Below, piece after piece: positions 33,637 to 41,458 of a DNA stretch of 64,000 nt. A program made the position numbers and the translations under genes. The notes under the pieces were generated by a model that had not been told where the DNA came from, ran no database searches, and saw only the letters and a list, made by a program, of their open reading frames with translations. Each line of letters begins with the position of its first letter. Positions within the stretch are counted from its first letter, which is position 1. Origin of the DNA: Candidatus Anderseniibacteriota bacterium (GTDB lineage: Bacteria; Patescibacteriota; Andersenbacteria; UBA10190); assembly GCA_040900375.1 (NCBI GenBank), contig JBBDZC010000008.1, positions 2,182 through 66,181 on the forward strand. Direction: 5' to 3'.

Positions 33637-35598
33637 ATGAAACGTAATTTGCGGACCAGAAATACCCTCAAGATAGTCGATCTCCAGCGGGAACTGGGGC
33701 TATCTGACCAGCGCCTGCAGAGCACCCTGCGGGTAATCGGGATACGCCTCGAAGAGGGTCAAAAGAACCTCGATCAGAATGAGGCTGGCCGCATTCGCCA
33801 ATACTTGAACGAGCAACGCCGCCGCGAAGAGCTCAAGTCACAGAAAATTACGTTACCCTCGATCGTCAAAGTCCAAGATTTTGCCAAGGCGCTGGAGCTC
33901 TCGGTGGGTGATGTTTTAGGGGTGCTGCTGAAGAATGGCGTCATGGCTAACTTGAATGATGACATTGACTACGATACGGCAGCTATTATTGCGGAAGATT
34001 TAGGCTACCGCACCGAAGAGAGTGTGGAGGCCCTTGAGAAAGATATTTTAACTCCAGAAAAATTGGAGGAAATATTAAAAAAAGAAGACCCACAACACCA
34101 AGTGGCACGCCCCCCGGTGGTGACCATTATGGGTCACGTGGACCACGGCAAAACAACGCTGCTCGATACTATCCGCTCGGCTAACGTCGCGGCTAAAGAA
34201 GCAGGTGGGATTACGCAAGCCATTAGTGGCTACCAAGTCGAGCATCACGGCCGGGTCATTACCTTTATCGACACGCCGGGTCATGAAACCTTTGAGTTTA
34301 TGCGGCAGCGCGGCGCTTCCCTCGCCGATATTGCGATTTTGGTAGTGGCGGCTGACGACGGCGTCAAACCGCAAACGGTGGAAGCCATCCGCCACGCGCG
34401 CACCGCCGGAGTACCAATTATTGTGGCAATTAATAAGATTGATAAAGAAGCGGCGAATATTGATAAAGTTAAAAAAGAATTGGCGAGCCACGAGCTCATG
34501 CCAGAAGAGTGGGGTGGAAAAACAGTGATGGTGCCCATCTCTGCTTTGCAAAATCAAGGGATTGCGGAACTCCTTGAGATGATCATCCTCACGGCTGATA
34601 TTCTCAAACCGCAAGCTAATCCGATCCGGGGGGCCCTGGGAAGTGTCGTCGAAAGTCGCTTAGATAAAAACTTAGGCCCCCTGGCGACAATTTTAATTCA
34701 TACGGGCACACTTAAAACCGGCGACGAAGTAGTGGTAGGACGCACTACCGGCCGTGTCCGACGAATGATGGACTTTCGGGGCAAAGCCACAAACCAGGCT
34801 ACCCCGTCAATGCCGGTAGCGATTGTCGGCTTAGAAAATGTCCCGAATGCAGGTGACATCTTACAGGCGGTGGAAGAACGAGGCGAGGCGAAACAAAAAG
34901 CGTCGCAGCGCCGGGCACCGGTCAAATCAATGAGCAAGAGCGACGAAGGGGACACTCGGCAAACATTGGCCTTAGTGATTAAAGCTGATTCCCATGGCTC
35001 TCTGGAAGCCCTCCAGCAAACGATCAAAGCGATGGTACCTGCTGATGTCCGTCTCTCGATCATTCGGGCGGAAGTAGGCGCCGTGTCTGACTCTGATGTT
35101 CTGACCGCCTACGCCGCGCAAGCAATTATCTATGCCTTCAATACTAAAATCGGTGGCATGGCGCAGAAACTAGCAGATAAAGAGCATGTGTCGGTGAAGA
35201 GCTTTGACGTCATCTATCAATTATCAGAAGACGTGCGCCAAGAGATTGAACAACGCCTACCAGTTGATATTGTGCGCACTGACCTAGGAAATCTGAAAGT
35301 CCTCAAAGTTTTCTTCTCGATTCAGAAACGGAAAATTATTGGCGCCGAGGTTGCTTCCGGCACGGTGGAAAAAGAGGCAAAGGCAATTCTATGGCGCAAG
35401 GAAAACAAAGATAAGGTTCAGATCGGACAAGGTATCATTACAGAGATGCAACGGGAGAAGCGCGCGATCACGAAAGCCCAGCAGGGCGATCAAATTGGTT
35501 TAACCTATGAAGGTAAGGGGAAAATTAAGGCAGGCGATATTCTTGAAGTGTACCGGGAAGAGAAAATCCGGCGTGATCCCAACGCCGCCGCACTGTAA
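33637..35598 (+). CDS. infB: Translation initiation factor IF-2.
   Basis: G-domain GHVDHGKTTLLD, DTPGHE, NKID. C-terminal beta-barrels. Confidence 0.95.
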   Translation: MKRNLRTRNTLKIVDLQRELGLSDQRLQSTLRVIGIRLEEGQKNLDQNEAGRIRQYLNEQRRREELKSQKITLPSIVKVQDFAKALELSVGDVLGVLLKNGVMANLNDDIDYDTAAIIAEDLGYRTEESVEALEKDILTPEKLEEILKKEDPQHQVARPPVVTIMGHVDHGKTTLLDTIRSANVAAKEAGGITQAISGYQVEHHGRVITFIDTPGHETFEFMRQRGASLADIAILVVAADDGVKPQTVEAIRHARTAGVPIIVAINKIDKEAANIDKVKKELASHELMPEEWGGKTVMVPISALQNQGIAELLEMIILTADILKPQANPIRGALGSVVESRLDKNLGPLATILIHTGTLKTGDEVVVGRTTGRVRRMMDFRGKATNQATPSMPVAIVGLENVPNAGDILQAVEERGEAKQKASQRRAPVKSMSKSDEGDTRQTLALVIKADSHGSLEALQQTIKAMVPADVRLSIIRAEVGAVSDSDVLTAYAAQAIIYAFNTKIGGMAQKLADKEHVSVKSFDVIYQLSEDVRQEIEQRLPVDIVRTDLGNLKVLKVFFSIQKRKIIGAEVASGTVEKEAKAILWRKENKDKVQIGQGIITEMQREKRAITKAQQGDQIGLTYEGKGKIKAGDILEVYREEKIRRDPNAAAL

Positions 35599-35643
35599 TC
35601 AATCGCCGGACAGTGACTAAATTTTCTGGGAAATTTTCTTACG

Positions 35644-36018
35644 ATGTCTCGTCGTCTTCAAAAAGTTAATAAACATCTCCAGCGAACGTTTGGCGAGATT
35701 TTGCAGCGGGAGGCAGAGCTGCCACCCAATGTACTGGTGACAATTGCCCGCGTGGATACCAGCTACAACCTCAAATCAGCGACAGTGTGGTTGTATGTGT
35801 ATCCCCTTGAACAAGCCGAGGCCACCTTAGCCCAACTCACCCATCAACTCTATGAACTCCAGGGTATTCTCAACCGCACCCTTGACTTTCGGCCACTGCC
35901 TCGCCTATTGTTACGGATTGATTATGGCGCCCAACATGCCGAAAATATCGAGTGCAAGCTGGCCGAAATTAAAAAAGCCGACCACGAGCCTCCAGGCACA
36001 CCACCAGCCAATCGTTAA
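35644..36018 (+). CDS. rbfA: Ribosome-binding factor A.
   Basis: MSRRLQKVNKHLQRTFGEILQRE... canonical RbfA N-terminus. Confidence 0.85.
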   Translation: MSRRLQKVNKHLQRTFGEILQREAELPPNVLVTIARVDTSYNLKSATVWLYVYPLEQAEATLAQLTHQLYELQGILNRTLDFRPLPRLLLRIDYGAQHAENIECKLAEIKKADHEPPGTPPANR

Positions 36019-36979
36019 GGCTATAGTTGAGCGCCTACGGCAAGCCAGGCGAGTGTTAATTGGCACGCATGAACACCCCGATGGCGACGCTGTGGGCGCC
36101 TCGTTAGCGCTGCTGCACGCACTGCGCCTGCAGGGGAAACATGTAACGGCATATATCCCTGACCCGGCGCCAGAGTTTCTCCAATTTCTTCCTGGCTTTG
36201 AAGAGTTGACCACTCAACCACCCGTTGTTGCTGACTATGATCTGATTGTCGTGCTCGATTACACCCAGCTGTACCGGACGCATTTAGAAGACGCGGTGTT
36301 ACAGCATCCCAACACTATCTGTATTGACCACCACTACGACAACAAAGGCCAAGCCACAATCAATCTCATTGTCCCTGAAGCAGCCGCCACGGCCCAGATA
36401 CTCACTGAATTTTTCCAAATCACTGGAGTACCGATTACCAAAGATATGGCAACTTGCCTCCTCACGGGTATCTTCACTGATACTGGTTCATTCATGCATG
36501 ACTCGACGACCCCAGAAATTTTAGAACTTGCCTCCTACCTGATGAGTAAAGGGGCGCGGCTGTCACATATCGCTCACGAGACGTACCAAAAAAAAGACCT
36601 GCCGAGCTTGCGGATCTGGGGGCGCGCGCTCTCCCGTGTGATTGTTAATGAAACGACCGGGGCAGCGGTCTCCATTATTACTGTCCGCGACTTGCAAGAA
36701 TGCGGGGCCACACTTGATGACCTCTCGGGGGTTGTTAATCTCCTCAACACCCTCCCGCAGAGTAAATTTGCGATGCTGCTGGCCGAATATGAGCCAGGAA
36801 AGATAAAGGGGAGCTTGCGTAGTGAACCCCATAAGAAAGTTGATGTGAGTGCCATTGCTGCCCGCTTGGGTGGCGGGGGGCATAAATTAGCCAGTGGTTT
36901 TGAAGTGGAAGGGCATATTGTGCAGCGGCAGGGACAATGGCGTATTGTGGCCACGAACGGGTTAGACAGTAAGCAATAA
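35924..36979 (+). CDS. nrnA: DHH/DHHA1 phosphoesterase NrnA (nanoRNase / pAp phosphatase). Start uncertain; the ORF overlaps the rbfA 3' end in another frame.
   Basis: IGTHEHPDGDAVGAS, DHH motif IDHHYD, DHHA1 GGGH. Track ORF 35852..36979. The first ATG at 35924 is 95 nt inside rbfA. Confidence 0.75.
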   Translation: MAPNMPKISSASWPKLKKPTTSLQAHHQPIVKAIVERLRQARRVLIGTHEHPDGDAVGASLALLHALRLQGKHVTAYIPDPAPEFLQFLPGFEELTTQPPVVADYDLIVVLDYTQLYRTHLEDAVLQHPNTICIDHHYDNKGQATINLIVPEAAATAQILTEFFQITGVPITKDMATCLLTGIFTDTGSFMHDSTTPEILELASYLMSKGARLSHIAHETYQKKDLPSLRIWGRALSRVIVNETTGAAVSIITVRDLQECGATLDDLSGVVNLLNTLPQSKFAMLLAEYEPGKIKGSLRSEPHKKVDVSAIAARLGGGGHKLASGFEVEGHIVQRQGQWRIVATNGLDSKQ

Positions 36980-37030
36980 TTGGCAGTCAACAAGGTTACG
37001 AATTATGAGTTACCGATTACTATTGTAGGT

Positions 37031-37825
37031 ATGAGATTTCTCATTTTTGGTGACGTCGTGGGTCGGCCAGGCCGGGCGGCGGTTAGTAAAGTCTTGCCCG
37101 AGCTACAAGCAGAGTATCGGCCCGACAGCGTTATTATTAATATTGAGAATATTGCGCACGGCACAGGTGTCTCACCGGCCACAATGACTGAAGCGCTGTC
37201 GTGGGGCGCCGATGTGTACACGACGGGCGACCATGCTTGGGATAATAAAGCGGGCCTCGGCGTACTGGAGGATAAAAAAATGCCGCTGGTGCGGCCTGCC
37301 AACTATCCGCCGGGTGTCCCGGGGCGAGGCTACCACCTCTTTACCAAAGGAGCGGTGACGGTAGCCGTAATTAATCTCCAGGGCCAGGTCTTCTTTAAGA
37401 ATCATCCGCTCAATCCTTTTCACTACTTGGATAGTCTCTTGCAACAGGCAGATATCCAGCAAGCGGCCATTACCCTGGTAGACTTTCACGCCGAGGCCAC
37501 GAGTGAGAAGCGCGCACTCGCCTGGCACGTTGACGGACGCTTGAGTGCGCTGTGGGGCACGCACACCCATGTGCCCACTGCTGATGCCCAGATATTGCCG
37601 CAGGGGACAGGGTACATCTCGGACGTAGGCATGAATGGGAACCATCATTCCATCTTAGGAGTGGATACGCCCGGGCCACTGCGGCGCTTCCTTCTCCAAA
37701 CGCCCGTTAGTTTCTCCTATGAGCAGGGAGGGGCCGTCGAAGTGGGCGCGGTGGTCCTGGACGTTGATCCGCGCGAGGGGCACGCGACAAACATTGCACA
37801 TATTCGAAAAATCATGAATGCTTAA
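37031..37825 (+). CDS. ymdB: YmdB-family metallophosphoesterase (2',3'-cyclic-nucleotide phosphodiesterase, TIGR00282-like).
   Basis: MRFLIFGDVVGRPGR...INIENIAHGTG...GDHAWD...GTHTHV. Confidence 0.85.
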   Translation: MRFLIFGDVVGRPGRAAVSKVLPELQAEYRPDSVIINIENIAHGTGVSPATMTEALSWGADVYTTGDHAWDNKAGLGVLEDKKMPLVRPANYPPGVPGRGYHLFTKGAVTVAVINLQGQVFFKNHPLNPFHYLDSLLQQADIQQAAITLVDFHAEATSEKRALAWHVDGRLSALWGTHTHVPTADAQILPQGTGYISDVGMNGNHHSILGVDTPGPLRRFLLQTPVSFSYEQGGAVEVGAVVLDVDPREGHATNIAHIRKIMNA

Positions 37826-37867
37826 GGTAGACATTTATCCTTAACGGAGCCAAAAAGGAAGCGACCT

Positions 37868-38146
37868 ATGATTAATAAACAAGATCTTATTGATAAAGTA
37901 ACAGACGCTACGCGACTGGCTCGCAAGGACGTCGAAGAAGTCATCAATACCTTCCTCGATCTCATGATTGAAAAGCTATCAATGAATGAGAAAATTAACC
38001 TGACCGGTTTCGGCGCCTTTGAAGTCAAAGAGCGCAAGGGGCGACCAGGAGTTAATCCACGCAATCCTAATGAACGTATTGCTATCCCTTCCGTACGAGT
38101 AGCAAAATTTCGCCCGGGTAAAACTCTCAAAGAAAACGTCAAGTAG
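37868..38146 (+). CDS. hup: HU-family DNA-binding protein.
   Basis: MINKQDLIDKVTD...GFGAFEVKERKGRPGVNPRNPNERIAIPSVRVAKFRPGK. Confidence 0.9.
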   Translation: MINKQDLIDKVTDATRLARKDVEEVINTFLDLMIEKLSMNEKINLTGFGAFEVKERKGRPGVNPRNPNERIAIPSVRVAKFRPGKTLKENVK

Positions 38147-38206
38147 GCAGTTGCCAGGAGTTGCCAAACAGGCACGGAAACGATATACAAAGAAGCACCG
38201 ATTAAA

Positions 38207-38277
38207 CGGGGTGTCGTATACCGGTAGTACGCATGCTTTGGGAGCATGTAGACTGGGTTCAATTCCCAGCACCCCGA
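38207..38277 (+). tRNA. tRNA-Pro (anticodon TGG). CCA not encoded.
   Basis: C1-G72 acceptor CGGGGTG/CACCCCG, U8, anticodon arm CATGC-TTTGGGA-GCATG (G37), T-arm CTGGG-TTCAATT-CCCAG. Confidence 0.75.
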
Positions 38278-38291
38278 CACTGCATTCCTCT

Positions 38292-38378
38292 CTTTATTTT
38301 TAGTGCTGTGTGATATGCAAGTTTTTACACTAGGGAGTCCCGCGGCCCGCTAGACACTAAAAATAAAGAAACTCATGT
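38292..38378. repeat. Long imperfect inverted repeat (ctctttatttttagtg ... cactaaaaataaagaaac) separated by about 50 nt, directly 3' of tRNA-Pro.
   Basis: 14-15-nt arms read directly from the sequence. Confidence 0.4.
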
Positions 38379-38548
38379 CATGTAAATAAAAGGCGCTATG
38401 ATTGATTCCCGCCTTCGCGTGGCCTAAGCTCGCTTCGGCGAGGCGACGGCCCGCGGCGCGGCTGTCGAAAAGATAAGCTCACAGGAATGAAAGAAGAATG
38501 TTCTTGATCTCCTGACACTATCAGGTTTGGGAGCGTAGGGGTAAACTG

Positions 38549-38941
38549 ATGGTAGTTATGATCTCTGGTTCTCTCATTAATCTCATTATCTTAGCCGTTC
38601 TCATCGTCTCTTTGCTCTATATTCTCCAGGCTGAAGGCGGCGTCGCGGCTGTGCCTAAAATTCTGCAACGCCTTAACCTTGATCCGCAGTGGTGGGAGTG
38701 GTTGAAGGTGCCTACCCGTATGAGCGCGCCGGCATCATCCCAGCCGCGGTCGTATACTTCGGGGGAATCTCGCTTTAGTTGGGGCAACTGCACGCAAGAT
38801 AGCGACTGTCGCATTACGGGTTGTTCGGGTGAGGTGTGTAGTGTTACTCCCAAAGTTACCACCTGTGAGTTTGATGATAGTTTCCCCAATGTCCAGGGAT
38901 TACATTGTGGGTGTGTCAAAGACAAGTGCGGCTGGCAGTAG
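38549..38941 (+). CDS. Small secreted Cys-rich protein (N-terminal anchor/signal, 8-Cys C-terminal domain).
   Basis: MVVMISGSLINLIILAVLIVSLLYIL..., then GNCTQDSDCRITGCSGEVCSV...CEF...HCGCVKDKCGWQ. Confidence 0.5.
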   Translation: MVVMISGSLINLIILAVLIVSLLYILQAEGGVAAVPKILQRLNLDPQWWEWLKVPTRMSAPASSQPRSYTSGESRFSWGNCTQDSDCRITGCSGEVCSVTPKVTTCEFDDSFPNVQGLHCGCVKDKCGWQ

Positions 38942-38996
38942 AGGAGAGCCTTAAGATTGACGGGAGTAATAATTTTGCGTACATAAAGACAGGTAC

Positions 38997-39067
38997 GCGG
39001 GTATCGTATAATGGCATTACCACAGGTTTCCAACCTGTTGACAGGGGTTCGATTCCCCTTACCCGCT
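38997..39067 (+). tRNA. tRNA-Gly (anticodon TCC). CCA not encoded.
   Basis: GCGGGTA/TACCCGC acceptor. Anticodon arm ACAGG-TTTCCAA-CCTGT. T-arm GGGG-TTCGATT-CCCC. Confidence 0.8.
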
Positions 39068-39212
39068 CCCTTCTCTTCACCTTTCGCTGCCATTTCAGAC
39101 GACGAAGGACAAATACTTATTTATAGAATATATTTTTCACCGCTCATTACAGAGAAGTGAAAATGAGAGCTGCTGACTAGTTCCGGAGAAGTGATTACTC
39201 TATACTATCCCC

Positions 39213-39626
39213 ATGCGCCACGGCCGCTACGGTACATCACACTTACTACTACGCTTGGGTCTCGGGCTGACCTTCCTTTGGATTGGAATCGACATGTGGC
39301 GCCATCCTGATATGTGGATTGGCTACTTGCCGACGAGTCTGCCGCTCGGCATGAGTCGGGAAGACGGATTAAAACTCACGGCTCTGTTGGATGTTGCCAT
39401 TGGCATCCTCTTGATCGTCAATAAATTTCCCCGCGCCACGGCTCTTCTTGCCTCACTCCACTTAGCAGGCATTTTAATCATCCACGGGATTGATGCGGTC
39501 ACCATTCGCGACGTGGGACTGTTTGGGTTAAGCCTCGCTCTCTTGTTTTGGCCGCAGCACGGATACCGCAAACACTGGTGGCAACGGCTATTCAAGCGCC
39601 GACGGCGCGGGGAATTTGAGGAGTAA
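39213..39626 (+). CDS. DoxX-like 4-TM membrane protein (tentative).
   Basis: RLGLGLTFLWIGIDMW... and three further helices. Basic C-terminal tail. Confidence 0.45.
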   Translation: MRHGRYGTSHLLLRLGLGLTFLWIGIDMWRHPDMWIGYLPTSLPLGMSREDGLKLTALLDVAIGILLIVNKFPRATALLASLHLAGILIIHGIDAVTIRDVGLFGLSLALLFWPQHGYRKHWWQRLFKRRRRGEFEE

Positions 39627-39667
39627 AATTACTTTTTTTGCAGCCGTGGCGCGGGGGCGCCGCATTG

Positions 39668-41077
39668 TTAATACAGGCCGAGCGGATTGACAGGGCGACC
39701 ACCTTTGCGGACTTCGAAGTGCAAGTGGGGGCCACTGGAACGGCCGGTGGAACCCATCTGCCCAATGGCCGCGCCCTTGGCTAGCTGCGCGCCCTTGCTA
39801 ACATAAAATTTATCGAGATGCGCGTAGTAGGTTTGGGTCCCGCCACCGTGGTTCATGATGATCAGGTTACCATAGCCTCCCATCCAACCAGCAAACTCAA
39901 TCGTCCCGGGGAGGGCCGCATAGATGGCAGGGCGGGAGCGGCTATCAATATCAATACCCGTATGGCCCCAACGGAAGTACTGGGAAATATGCTTCGTTGT
40001 GGTCGGCCACAGTAAACCTTCGCCAATGCCCTGGGCAGGTTCGGGAGTAGGGCCATCATCGGCATCGCGAGAAGCTACGCGCGTTGTCTGGGAGACAATT
40101 TGCGGGGCATTGACGGGAGCAATGTACCCGTCAGGCACAATCAACTTTTGGCCAATGCTTAACTTAGCCCCTTCGCCCAGGCTATTGTAACTTAAGATTT
40201 CGCCTGCTTGGGTATCATACTTTTCGGCAATCGCGGAGACTGTGTCACCGGAGCGGACTGTATGTAAGACACCGGTCGTGGGTAAAATAGTGAGGTAATC
40301 ACCCACTTTAAGAACCGCACGGCTATTTAATCCATTCGCCCAGAGAATAGTATTGGCACTGATGTCAAACTTGGCCGCGATAGTGGCAATAGTATCGTCC
40401 TCCACCACTGTATAAACTTGGGAACTTTTGCCGACCCGCCGGGGAGGAAGTTCTTCACTGCCCGGTTCGGGGACAAGCGGATTCAGCGGGCCCACCACCG
40501 CATTCCCACCTAAGGCACCAGCAAAATCTACTTCAGGATCGTCAAACGTAATAATATCAACACCCTCATCGGACGCCACGGCCGCCAGACGCGCCCCGCC
40601 GACTCCAGGCGTGTCGGTCTGAGCATAGGCAGAAGGATCAAGAGGGCCTTCGATCACTTCCTCACCCGACACCAGGGTATAGAGCAGGGAGCTACGATCA
40701 GCCCCAGTTGTTAGTTGACTGTGTCCGGCGATGCCTAAAACGAGCGATAAAAAAATTCCGTGCACGATGACACGTTTTGTTACTAGATTCGGCCACTGGC
40801 GAGGCGTAACACGAGGCAGCCGCTTTATCAGATGTTGCTCAACTACGATGTAGAAGTAGTAAGCAGCACGATAGACACGGTAGCCGCTTTTCCTGATACG
40901 GTGATACAGTATGCGGACAGACAGCCAGGCAGTAAGGGAGGAGATCCCTCGCCGTGATGACACAACTGTGTTCAGGTGATGAGCCGAAGTTTTACCCTCG
41001 ATCTCTGATGATTGAGTATGAATACCTAAAGCCTTTCTTATGGGATGTGGCCCCTCACCAGACTCTTTCAACCACAA
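39668..41077 (-). CDS. Membrane-anchored M23-family peptidoglycan endopeptidase with two LysM domains. N-terminal start uncertain.
   Basis: LysM repeats YTVVEDDTIATIAAKFDISANTILWANGL and HTVRSGDTVSAIAEKYDTQAGEILSYNSL. M23 motifs HTGIDID...YAHL...GSTGRSSGPHLHFEV. Confidence 0.85.
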   Translation of the reverse strand: MWLKESGEGPHPIRKALGIHTQSSEIEGKTSAHHLNTVVSSRRGISSLTAWLSVRILYHRIRKSGYRVYRAAYYFYIVVEQHLIKRLPRVTPRQWPNLVTKRVIVHGIFLSLVLGIAGHSQLTTGADRSSLLYTLVSGEEVIEGPLDPSAYAQTDTPGVGGARLAAVASDEGVDIITFDDPEVDFAGALGGNAVVGPLNPLVPEPGSEELPPRRVGKSSQVYTVVEDDTIATIAAKFDISANTILWANGLNSRAVLKVGDYLTILPTTGVLHTVRSGDTVSAIAEKYDTQAGEILSYNSLGEGAKLSIGQKLIVPDGYIAPVNAPQIVSQTTRVASRDADDGPTPEPAQGIGEGLLWPTTTKHISQYFRWGHTGIDIDSRSRPAIYAALPGTIEFAGWMGGYGNLIIMNHGGGTQTYYAHLDKFYVSKGAQLAKGAAIGQMGSTGRSSGPHLHFEVRKGGRPVNPLGLY

Positions 41078-41458
41078 ACATCCACGTGAAGCTTAAAGAA
41101 AGGTTTGTTTTACGATGTTGGTTTCGGACTCTGCCTTTTCTGTAGTGTCAACTAGGGCTGGCAGTTAACAAGAGGGAATTGTACGCGAGAAGCCCGACCA
41201 GTCAACATTGACTACCGTTGCACTATGTTGTCCTTTAGGCTCCTCAAGAATATTTTTCCTGCTCTCCTTCCTTAACTTGGGTCATTTTTGGCTATTCCTC
41301 TACTTTCCACAATGTGGATAAATAGTCGTCAAGGGGTATCCTTTATTGATCGATTTAGATAATTATTCATCTGACGGTCAGATTCTGTACATTCGCACCA
41401 ACAGTTTCCCAGCCCCCACGACAACTGGGGAAGAAGAAAACAATCAAGAGGGTAAAGC

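Noticed and set aside
37822-38280. 152-aa and 97-aa minus-strand ORFs.
   Set aside because: Antisense to hup and overlapping tRNA-Pro.
38617-39126. ORFs 38617..39093 (-) and 38905..39126 (+).
   Set aside because: They overlap tRNA-Gly and are antisense to the Cys-rich secreted gene.
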